Source: Candidatus Thorarchaeota archaeon | Lineage (GTDB): Archaea; Asgardarchaeota; Thorarchaeia; Thorarchaeales; Thorarchaeaceae | Assembly: GCA_018335335.1 (NCBI GenBank) | Contig: JAGXKG010000013.1 | Location: forward strand, 1-45,895 | DNA length: 45,895 nt | Direction: 5' to 3' | Shown here: positions 9,074 through 17,151 of the stretch, piece by piece | Layout of the letters: every line of letters begins with the position of its first letter | Position numbering within the stretch: position 1 is the first letter of the stretch | Made by a program: the position numbers and the translations under genes | Notes under the pieces: generated by a model | Seen by the model: the letters and a program-made list of their open reading frames with translations, nothing else | What the model was told of the DNA's origin: nothing | Database searches by the model: none

Positions 9074-9110
9074 GGGACGATTTATTTCGTCCCTTGCCTT
9101 TTTCTTTTTA
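9074..9110 (+). terminator. Hairpin gggacga-tttatt-tcgtccc followed by the T-rich tract ttgcctttttcttttta. Likely intrinsic terminator after cdc48.
   Basis: Perfect 7-bp stem (9074-9080 and 9087-9093), then a T-tract at 9094-9110, located 16 nt after the cdc48 stop. Confidence 0.55.
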
Positions 9111-9258
9111 TGATGCCATTTTGGTTAGTATCTGACCATTGACGTTATTGGTTTTTGTATATGAAAGCGACTCCTCAATGTATAGGAGAAGAGACCGAAT
9201 ACCTCTATAAGGCATCCTTTAGGCCTCAATATCCAAGACAAAAATCGAGGTCATAACC

Positions 9259-11739
9259 GTGGATTCTTCAGAGCGTTCGGTTCTCAATATTTGCCCTTTT
9301 TCGCATTTTGACAATGCTGATGTTGAGACATACGAACACAATATGAGCATGGCAGCTTGGAATCTCAAAGCTGTACTTGATTTCCTAGATCGAGATGACA
9401 AACACCGATTTTGTATCGGCCAAACTACTCTTCTTGAGGGCTTTCAGAAGCTTTTTCCAAACTACTGGGATAAGCTACAGGAACGGATTCTAGAAGGCAG
9501 CTTGGAACTTGTTGGTGGAACATATGTTATGCCCGATTTTGTTTTACCTGATGGAGAATCAATCGCCCGACAATTCGTATTTGGCAAAAGATATGCAAAA
9601 CAGAAACTGGGTGTAGACATACAAACAGGTTGGGCAATCGATTCTGCTGGATTCTGCAGTCAAATTCCACAGATTCTTCGGTTGTCTGGTATAGATTCAC
9701 TGTTTCTATCAAGGGGGATGCCTTATGATGGCCCTAGCGAATTCTCGTTAGTTGCTCCTGATGGAAGCAGAGTATTCGCAATTTGGCTGTCAGAGGGGTA
9801 TGACCTTGCTGCTTGGCTTTCTGAATCGAAACGGGAGGCTTTCTCACAAGTCATGCTTGCTATTGACAAGAAAATGACGCGTAATGTGTCTGGGAATCTG
9901 TTTCTAGCTATGGGGGGCGAGTTGGTGGCGCCTCCGATGCAGCTTTCTGAGGTGATTGAAACCTGGAATGAACTCTTTGGTGATATGAGAAGCACCATTG
10001 TTACTCCCTCGGAGTATGTTGAAAAGATCAAGTCCGTTCAGGCCAAATTGCCCAAGATCCAAGGTCCCTTACTTTCGAATCGCTTTCGCCATGTTGCTTC
10101 TGGAGGCCTGAGTTCCCGGGTTGAGCTGAAGTTGCTTAACCGGAAACTGGAAGGCCTTCTGTATGTAACCGAGATTTGCCTTGCACTTTCAGAAAACCAT
10201 AGCAAAAGCAAAGCCCTTGATAATGAATGGAAAATGCTGTTATTCAATCAGGATCATAACATTATACGCGGAATATGTGGAGACAAACCATATCGAATGG
10301 CTCTGAGAAGATACAACAATGCTATCGAAAAAGCAGATGGTATACTGGAGAATCAGCTACGGACATTAGGGGCCGACCTCGCGACGGATGATGGTGTAGG
10401 GTCGATTTTGGTTGTAAATCCCCTGTCGTGGATTCGAACCGACGTAGCAAGAGTCCGTCTTGGTAATGTTGAATTGAGCGAAAATATCGAAATCATCAAT
10501 CCTGCTGGAGAGGTTGTACCCCACCAAATCGTCGAGGATGATAATGGCCTCGTAGAGGCTGTTTTTATAGCTGAAAATATGCCCAGTACTGGATTCAGAA
10601 TTTATACTATTAGAGAAGAGGTTGAAGAGTCTGAATTTGACAGTCTTCTCGAATGTGGTGACAGCTGGATGGAATCGAACGAGTTTGTACTTAACTTCGA
10701 TGAATACAGCGGATCACTATGTCGACTGTTCGATAAGACCAATGAAGGAGAGGTTTTCAACGGGATGGGCCCCACCATTTCAGTTGAGAACGAAGTTGGC
10801 GATTTATACTCACATCATTCTTCGGAGCTTGCTTCTGAGAAACAGAAGCTGGATTCATCTCGGAATGAGGGTGAGATAAAAATCATCGAAAGCGGGCCAA
10901 TAGCGGCAATTGCTGAAATTCATGGCACGATTTCTGAAAGCCCTTTCAAGCAGCGTGTTACCCTGTACAGATCTATACGAAGAATCGACATAGAGACAAA
11001 GCTCGATTTCAAAGGTATACATAGACGAGTTCGTCTCAGATTCCCGACCCATGTTTATGCCGATGAAGTTACTGTTGGAGCCCAGTTTGGAGTAGAAAAG
11101 AGGCATCTGGAAAACCATGATTTCAGGAGTCGAAGGGAATTAGAGGACTTTCCAGCGCTAGACTGGGTGGATTGTTCAGGCCCTGATTCTGGCATTTGCT
11201 TTTCAAATGTCGGTTTGCATGAGTATAGCTTTCAAGATGGTATTCTAGAAGTAACACTTCTGAGAAGTGTGGACTGGCTTTCTCATGGTAAACATGACAC
11301 TCAGGTGCGGACCCCTCTAGCCAAAGAGGAAGGAATCCATACCTTTCGAGGCTCGATTATTCCGCATGACGGTGACTGGCAAGAAGCTAGAGTCTGGAGA
11401 AGTTCAACCGAGCATCGAATTCCGCTAGTGTGTTCTTTTGTTGACGGCTCGTTAAATCCTAATTCCAAAAGGGAGCTATCATGGCTGAGAGTCGAAGGCT
11501 GTGATTTGTGTCTATCCTGTTTAAGGCCCACTGAGACACCAAACGAGTATGTTCTCAGGTTGTATGAGCCTTGCGGCAATGAGGGAACTTCAGAACTACA
11601 ATTCTATAGGAGACTCAGTAGTATAGAATTGACGGACATCTGCGAAGAGACGATCGGCAGTGTGAGTTTCGAGGGGAATACGGCTGAAATTCATGTCGAT
11701 CCATATACCATACTTACCCTCCGCGTGGAGTTTGCTTGA
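9259..11739 (+). CDS. Glycoside hydrolase family 38 (alpha-mannosidase-like). GTG start.
   Basis: 826 aa. The N-terminal domain carries GH38-like motifs: CPFSHFD (compare PHSHxD), LELVGGTYVMPDFVLPDGESIARQFVFGKRY (compare GRLEFvgGGWVmpDEA..hy...IrQ...G.r) and GWAIDSAGFCSQIPQIL (compare GWqIDpFGhS...P.il, the nucleophile Asp). Confidence 0.68.
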   Translation: MDSSERSVLNICPFSHFDNADVETYEHNMSMAAWNLKAVLDFLDRDDKHRFCIGQTTLLEGFQKLFPNYWDKLQERILEGSLELVGGTYVMPDFVLPDGESIARQFVFGKRYAKQKLGVDIQTGWAIDSAGFCSQIPQILRLSGIDSLFLSRGMPYDGPSEFSLVAPDGSRVFAIWLSEGYDLAAWLSESKREAFSQVMLAIDKKMTRNVSGNLFLAMGGELVAPPMQLSEVIETWNELFGDMRSTIVTPSEYVEKIKSVQAKLPKIQGPLLSNRFRHVASGGLSSRVELKLLNRKLEGLLYVTEICLALSENHSKSKALDNEWKMLLFNQDHNIIRGICGDKPYRMALRRYNNAIEKADGILENQLRTLGADLATDDGVGSILVVNPLSWIRTDVARVRLGNVELSENIEIINPAGEVVPHQIVEDDNGLVEAVFIAENMPSTGFRIYTIREEVEESEFDSLLECGDSWMESNEFVLNFDEYSGSLCRLFDKTNEGEVFNGMGPTISVENEVGDLYSHHSSELASEKQKLDSSRNEGEIKIIESGPIAAIAEIHGTISESPFKQRVTLYRSIRRIDIETKLDFKGIHRRVRLRFPTHVYADEVTVGAQFGVEKRHLENHDFRSRRELEDFPALDWVDCSGPDSGICFSNVGLHEYSFQDGILEVTLLRSVDWLSHGKHDTQVRTPLAKEEGIHTFRGSIIPHDGDWQEARVWRSSTEHRIPLVCSFVDGSLNPNSKRELSWLRVEGCDLCLSCLRPTETPNEYVLRLYEPCGNEGTSELQFYRRLSSIELTDICEETIGSVSFEGNTAEIHVDPYTILTLRVEFA

Positions 11740-11827
11740 TACGCAGTGAGCTCCTATCTGTTGGCGATATCCTTTTCTTGCCGTCTGTGAAGGTTTGGAT
11801 GAATGGAATTCGGTGAGATGATACGAC

Positions 11828-12685
11828 ATGTCTGACTTCTATCCTATCTCGCCCTTAGTTGGCATCCCGAATAGCTCATATGCCGGCCAGATGGGTGTAT
11901 TGGGAGACTACTGGGCTGTAAGGGTCGTTCGTGGAAAGAAAATCCTTGCTGAGAAGGAAATCCCTGAACTGATGCTAGAGAATGTAGTTGGCGTGATTTA
12001 CGGTCATATTCGGCTTGAGGGGTTGAGTAGGCATACAGTCGCTAGAGCTTCAGGACGATTGATGCAGTTTGCGCGACGATATCAACAGTCTGGTCTGAGT
12101 CCTGATTATGAAGTTCCAGAGCTGATTTATGAAAACGGTTCACAAGTCGGAGTGTCCCAGGCTCAAGAGGAACAGGCTGTGAAAGAGCCAGCTCTTGAGA
12201 GAGTTAACATCGAAACGCTTCCAATTGTTTCTGAGAAAGAACCTGAGAATGAAAACAAGACTATCATAGAAAGCCACGCCTTCATGATTTCTGAAATGGC
12301 TGCCTACGGCAATTCCTTACCGGAAGGCCATCTGGATCTCATGTTCAAACAAGCATCACTGGGAACTGTTCGGGAATGGAAGAACAGAGGGAAGCCTACA
12401 TCTCCAATTACTAAGCTCGCCCATCTTTTCCTTGGATGTTCAAAAGATAGTGCAGTCCAAACTTCAGAGGAAGATAGTCTGGAAATAACGGTCGAGAATT
12501 GCTCTCTCCTACAGGAATCAAACAACTACGAGGCTGTTGAAGGTGTTTTCCCTGCTAGATATCCCTGCGTTTTTCACAAGCTGATTGGAGAACATATGGC
12601 TGAAGTTACAAAATGTGGGATTAACATCGAGCTCCGCGATGACGGTTGCCGTCTTTCAGTGTCGCTAAAAGCACCGCCTGAATAG
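11828..12685 (+). CDS. Hypothetical protein of 285 aa with no recognisable motif.
   Basis: A long ORF with diverse composition, co-oriented 88 bp after the GH38 gene. Antisense ORFs in the region are short. Confidence 0.5.
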   Translation: MSDFYPISPLVGIPNSSYAGQMGVLGDYWAVRVVRGKKILAEKEIPELMLENVVGVIYGHIRLEGLSRHTVARASGRLMQFARRYQQSGLSPDYEVPELIYENGSQVGVSQAQEEQAVKEPALERVNIETLPIVSEKEPENENKTIIESHAFMISEMAAYGNSLPEGHLDLMFKQASLGTVREWKNRGKPTSPITKLAHLFLGCSKDSAVQTSEEDSLEITVENCSLLQESNNYEAVEGVFPARYPCVFHKLIGEHMAEVTKCGINIELRDDGCRLSVSLKAPPE

Positions 12686-12767
12686 CTGAGATAATCTTAA
12701 ATCGTGAAGATATTAGCACTAACTTAGAGAATAACCCATCGGGTTATTATGAAGGGAGATTACAAAC

Positions 12768-13043
12768 ATGTCATATCTCACAATCAGAGAGTATGTTAGA
12801 AGTGGCCCAGTCTGCTTTGGTGCCCTGCTTGTTATCGCGGGCTCGATTATTGCGCTACTGCCCTCACTTGGTTATACGTTGGTTGAAGGCTACACCATGA
12901 TAATTGGTGCAGTCGTAGCCATTGTAGGCATTCTGTTGATAGTTGCTGGTTTCTTCCTAACAAGCAAGAAGAGAGATTCAGTCCTACGACCGATAGATAC
13001 TGATGAGGGAGACGCACCTCCTGCACCTCCACCTCCGGACTGA
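12768..13043 (+). CDS. Small membrane protein with two predicted TM helices and a Pro-rich C-terminus (PPAPPPPD).
   Basis: 91 aa. There are two hydrophobic stretches (FGALLVIAGSIIALLPSL and IIGAVVAIVGILLIVAGFFL). A GGGAG-like sequence is upstream, and a terminator-like hairpin is downstream. Confidence 0.5.
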   Translation: MSYLTIREYVRSGPVCFGALLVIAGSIIALLPSLGYTLVEGYTMIIGAVVAIVGILLIVAGFFLTSKKRDSVLRPIDTDEGDAPPAPPPPD

Positions 13044-13081
13044 TTACAACCACATGAAACACTGAACACTACCAATCAGCT

Positions 13082-13123
13082 TGGGGATTGCAATAATAGT
13101 CCCCACTGCTCTTCTTTTTTTAT
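13082..13123 (+). terminator. Hairpin tgggga-ttgcaataatag-tcccca followed by cttctttttttat. Candidate terminator.
   Basis: Stem arms at 13082-13087 and 13100-13105, then a T-tract at 13111-13123, located ~40 nt after the stop at 13043. Confidence 0.45.
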
Positions 13124-13217
13124 GATTATCTGGCTTAATTTTGGCCTTTATCGCGATAACCCTAATATGCTAGAATGACAAACACAGATTCATCAACCAT
13201 CAAAATGGTGCTATACA

Positions 13218-13508
13218 ATGACAACTCTTGAGTATCGAGACAGTAAATTTCATGAATGCGCTGGCCAAGCAACTGCTCCAATAACCTTGGAAGTAGACGA
13301 TAGACAGAAGAGACTGATCCTGTCTGTACCCAATGGTGCAAGCATGATTAAACGACGTGCCGCGGAACGAAATGCCCGCTCCATTCAGAAGTCCGGATTT
13401 CAGACAAGTAATCGCGGACGAATTGGACGCGGATATGATTTGGAAATCCAGGGTCACGGCGGTGGATTGCCTGACCGCCTCAAGAAATCACCACGTGAAG
13501 TCTATTAA
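13218..13508 (+). CDS. Hypothetical small basic protein (96 aa). Weak call.
   Basis: The ORF has a charged, protein-like composition. The competing antisense ORF 13200..13457 looks less protein-like. No motif was recognised. Confidence 0.25.
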   Translation: MTTLEYRDSKFHECAGQATAPITLEVDDRQKRLILSVPNGASMIKRRAAERNARSIQKSGFQTSNRGRIGRGYDLEIQGHGGGLPDRLKKSPREVY

Positions 13509-13606
13509 GTGGATTTTCGATAAAATCTATAGTTCCATAGAATCATAGAAGTATGCTGTGGAATGTGCCTGTAGGATACCACATGGCACTTGGGAGGTAA
13601 TATTGG

Positions 13607-15376
13607 ATGTCTGAAGAGAGAAAATCTAGAATAGTTGAACAATCACGGAAAGATGCCAGTCGAAAATCGGGAGGAAACAATCTCCTTCGCCAAGCCAAGG
13701 AGCTCGAATCTAGCGGGAACAGTTCGAAGGCGAGGGAGCTTTTTGTTCAGGCTGCAAGAGCCTATATTGAATCTGCAACAGAGTATCGAAGTTCGAAGGG
13801 CTACAAGATAGCCGCGCGTAATTCTTCGGAAGCGGGTGATGTTTATTCCCACCTTGCAAAAGCTGGCGAGGCAATGGATGCTTACAAGAACGCCGCAGAG
13901 GATCTATATTCAGCAGCATCTGAGCATCTGATGTGGGACGAACCAGCAGAAACGAAGAACGGTACTGCCTTGGCCATGACATCATGTTTGATGTATCTGA
14001 TGATTGGACAAGAAGATACGGCATTCACGAAAGCCCGTGAATTTCAAAACCAGTACGGTTCCAAACTAAGTTTCCCGGCTGTTCAAAGGCTTTCAAGCCT
14101 TGTTGACAAATTGCGGCAATCAATTGCCAATATCAATATTGAGGCTTTTTCGGAGGCTGAAACAATGGCGATTTCAGAACTGAAGCCAGCCCTTTCCAGC
14201 GCAAAAGCATCATACTTCACGAAGTATGTGGACAAGGGTTTGGAGATGGTTCGGGAGATTCTTCGTGGAAAACTACAGACTCCCAAGTTGACAGGTCGTC
14301 TTCAATTGCCTATTGACATGACCTTCTCAGAGCAATTGGGATTGGTTGCTGTAGTGAACAATGTTGGAGAGGGCGCTGCTCAGAATGTGAAAGTGGAGTG
14401 GTATCTAGACGATGGTCTTGAACTCGTTTCTGGTGATGAAAGAAAGCAGTTCCAAACAATCGATGCAAATGATTCAGTTGAGCTTCGCATTACTGCGAAG
14501 GCAGCTGAGGAACTAATGGGAGCTCGCGACTATGAACTCTTGCTCAGGGGTTCTTATTCGGATCGGCTGAAGACTGAGTATTCACTACAGATTGGACCTG
14601 GCATTCTTACTCTCAAAGATTACAAGGAAAGTGAAAAGATTGCTCAGGATTTGGACATCACCGAGGGAAGAATCGGTCTTCTAAGAGCCTCTCTTGAGCA
14701 GTTCCCTTTTGACCGAGAACCTCTGGACAGAATTGTAAAGCAACTGAAATCTTCGCTGGGGAAAGCACAGGAGAAACTCCAGTCTGGTGACTTAGATACC
14801 GCAAAGGCTCGAGTGAAGATTGTCAACGAGCTGATTAGCCAACTGGATGATCTACTCGCGGATGAGGATTTGAGAAGATCACTTCAGACGAAACGGAAAG
14901 AAGCAAAACGAAAAGCGGTGTCATCCGTCATCACGTCCTTAAAGGGTGATGTTCTGGATATCATTGAGAAATATTTCTCAGATATAGATGCTGAGCTTGT
15001 TCCTGCCGTGAATCGTATGCAGGATTTGGCTTCATCAAGTGGAACCAAACAGCTCCTCGATGCTATGACACACCAAATCGAAGGAATATCTAGAACCCTT
15101 ACGGAGACCGCTTCTGTTGTGCAAGGAATCCCTCAAAAGGACCCTGGCATGATGGACCAAGCCACTAAGGATGCAACTGAAAACATCCAAGCTACGCTAT
15201 CTGAGGTTGAAGTTCTTAAGACGCAACTAGTCAAAGTTTCGGAGGGTCAGAGACAGGCTAGTGAGAAGGCACAACAAAACGCAGGGAACGTGGAGCGTCG
15301 TCTTGCTGAGATTCGTTCTTTGAAGACAGAAGTCCTCAACGCTTTTGAACAGGATACTGATTTGGTACCCGACTAG
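13607..15376 (+). CDS. Multidomain hypothetical protein. It has an N-terminal TPR/SNAP-like helical repeat region, a central Ig-like beta-sandwich segment (CARDB/DUF11-like), and a C-terminal coiled coil.
   Basis: 589 aa. The N-terminal 130 aa show periodic A/Y helical-hairpin repeats (ARELFVQAARAYIESATEY..AGDVYSHLAKAGEAMDAYKNAAEDLYSAA). The middle GLVAVVNNVGEGAAQNVKVEWYLDDGLELVSGDERKQFQTIDANDSVELRITAKA resembles a CARDB-type domain. The C-terminal 200 aa are heptad-rich. An SD GGGAGG precedes the ATG. Confidence 0.55.
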   Translation: MSEERKSRIVEQSRKDASRKSGGNNLLRQAKELESSGNSSKARELFVQAARAYIESATEYRSSKGYKIAARNSSEAGDVYSHLAKAGEAMDAYKNAAEDLYSAASEHLMWDEPAETKNGTALAMTSCLMYLMIGQEDTAFTKAREFQNQYGSKLSFPAVQRLSSLVDKLRQSIANINIEAFSEAETMAISELKPALSSAKASYFTKYVDKGLEMVREILRGKLQTPKLTGRLQLPIDMTFSEQLGLVAVVNNVGEGAAQNVKVEWYLDDGLELVSGDERKQFQTIDANDSVELRITAKAAEELMGARDYELLLRGSYSDRLKTEYSLQIGPGILTLKDYKESEKIAQDLDITEGRIGLLRASLEQFPFDREPLDRIVKQLKSSLGKAQEKLQSGDLDTAKARVKIVNELISQLDDLLADEDLRRSLQTKRKEAKRKAVSSVITSLKGDVLDIIEKYFSDIDAELVPAVNRMQDLASSSGTKQLLDAMTHQIEGISRTLTETASVVQGIPQKDPGMMDQATKDATENIQATLSEVEVLKTQLVKVSEGQRQASEKAQQNAGNVERRLAEIRSLKTEVLNAFEQDTDLVPD

Positions 15377-15389
15377 CCAAGGGAAACCA

Positions 15390-16589
15390 CTAATGTTTCT
15401 GCATGAAACTCTCCAGTCTGTTCATGGCCTTTTCAAGTGTATCTAGTGGTGGCAAGAAGACACTTCTAAAGTGATTAGCGCCATATTTTGGACAAAAACC
15501 TGAACCAGGCACGAATACTACCCCTGTTTCATTTAATACGTCTAGGACAAATTCTTTGTCATTCTTCCACCTGCCATCTAGCTCAACCTTTGGCATGATG
15601 TAGAATGCTGCTTGAGGCAGTGATGTTGAAATACTATCTATAGCATTGAGTCGCTCATGAATGAAATCTCTTCGTTTTCTTAATCGTTGCATAACTGTTT
15701 TCAAATGGCTGCCATTGCTTTTCAGTGCGGCTACTGCGCCATGTTGTGCAGGTCCATTTGTGCAGATTCGTATTCTCGCCTGTCGAACCATAGCATCTCG
15801 TAATGGTTCTAATTCCCCATCGTTATCGTGGAAGTAAACGTATCCGATTCGCCAACCTGGGGCTAGGTAGACCTTGCTGATACCGTTGAATCCAACCACT
15901 GGTACATCGTCAGCTGCTTTGACCATGGGTGTTTGTTTCTTGTCATAGGTTAGCTGGTCATAGATTTCGTCACTGATAAGTGGTAGTTCATACTCACCGG
16001 CAATACTGGCTATTTCTTCTAGGGCTTTTCTGTCGTAGACTGCCCCCGTGGGATTATTGGGGTTGATAACTAGGATTCCAGCTGTTCTCTCGTTGATTTT
16101 GCTACGCAAGTCGTCAATATCAGGATTCCAGTTGTCCTCCTCGTTAGTGCGGTATGTTACAGGCTTGCCGCCGAAATAGCTGATGAAAGAGATATAGGGT
16201 GGATAAGCTGGTCCTGGCACAAGGAACTCTGATTCTTTCTCTACAAGTGCACCTGCTAGAAATTGGATTGCTTCGGAAACTCCAGTCGTGACAATCATTC
16301 TCTGAGGTTCTACATCAATACCATTTACTCGCTTTTCTTTGTCCGCTGCAGCTTGCTTTAGAATATCCTTGCCTTCGGATGGCGCATAGCCATTGTGGCC
16401 TTCCTCTGCCGCTGAACAAAGCGCTTCTACCATGAAATCCGGCGTTTCCCAGTCGTATTTGAGGGGGTCGCCTATGTTGAGATAAAGCGGTGCCTTATTT
16501 TCGCGTTTCTCATATGCTCGAGCCGCCACTACAATATCTCGAATTGCGTATTCCAGATTTGCAGCTCGCGGAGTAATATTCATCTTCAT
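15390..16589 (-). CDS. PLP-dependent aminotransferase, class I/II (alanine/aspartate aminotransferase-like).
   Basis: 399 aa. The N-terminus AIRDIVVAARAYEKRENKAPLYLNIGDPLKYDWETP resembles the archaeal alanine aminotransferase N-terminus. There is a fold-type I lysine region (GISKVY.APGWRIGY) and an NPNNPTG motif. Confidence 0.85.
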   Translation of the reverse strand: MKMNITPRAANLEYAIRDIVVAARAYEKRENKAPLYLNIGDPLKYDWETPDFMVEALCSAAEEGHNGYAPSEGKDILKQAAADKEKRVNGIDVEPQRMIVTTGVSEAIQFLAGALVEKESEFLVPGPAYPPYISFISYFGGKPVTYRTNEEDNWNPDIDDLRSKINERTAGILVINPNNPTGAVYDRKALEEIASIAGEYELPLISDEIYDQLTYDKKQTPMVKAADDVPVVGFNGISKVYLAPGWRIGYVYFHDNDGELEPLRDAMVRQARIRICTNGPAQHGAVAALKSNGSHLKTVMQRLRKRRDFIHERLNAIDSISTSLPQAAFYIMPKVELDGRWKNDKEFVLDVLNETGVVFVPGSGFCPKYGANHFRSVFLPPLDTLEKAMNRLESFMQKH

Positions 16590-16728
16590 GATTCATTACC
16601 CGGCGAATGCAGAGAAAATGTACTTGTATATACGAGTTTTGGAATAACCTGTTTGGATATCCGAACTTATTCCAACTTGCTACAAATCATCCTCTAGTAG
16701 TTCTGAGGGTGCTGGCTGTTGAAATCAT

Positions 16729-17151
16729 CTATTTTTCTAAAAGGCGTCCAATTTCCTTGGCATACTTTCGCATCTGAGTTACTGCGAGCCCCATCGAGGT
16801 TATGTCTTTCGCGGAGCCCATGATAAGAAAATCTCCAGCATGCGAGAGGACGACAAAACCATCCCTGCCTCGGACGATGACCTCATATAATTCGTCCAAT
16901 GCTAGTTTATCGGTTGCCATCTCACCCTGCACCAGTAGGGCTGCACTTACAGCCGCCATGAGGTCGGGATCAGCGTCAGATTCTTCTGTTGCGAAATAGG
17001 CTAGTTTCACGCCTTGTTTACTGACTACTGCGATTGCATCCATATCAGCATAGTTGGTGAGTCCCATAAGGAGCTCAACCAGCTCTTCTTCTTTTTCGGG
17101 ATCAAGTTGCGCGGACGTTTTCTTCTCCTCCAAGATATTTTTGAAACTCAC
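16729..17151 (-). CDS. Roadblock/LC7 (MglB-like) domain protein.
   Basis: 140 aa. The pattern AIAVVSKQGVKLAYFATEESDADPDLMAAVSAALLVQGEMA...GFVVLSHAGDFLIMGSAKDITSMGLAVTQMRKYAKEIGRLL fits the Robl_LC7 alpha-beta-beta-alpha-beta-beta topology signature. The apparent GTG start overlaps the stop of the upstream gelsolin gene by 4 bp (GTGA). Confidence 0.78.
   Translation of the reverse strand: MSFKNILEEKKTSAQLDPEKEEELVELLMGLTNYADMDAIAVVSKQGVKLAYFATEESDADPDLMAAVSAALLVQGEMATDKLALDELYEVIVRGRDGFVVLSHAGDFLIMGSAKDITSMGLAVTQMRKYAKEIGRLLEK

Noticed and set aside
10425-10445. tRNA-like T-arm string ggattcgaacc.
   Set aside because: It lies inside the GH38 coding frame with no surrounding cloverleaf-compatible stems. 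It is not a tRNA.
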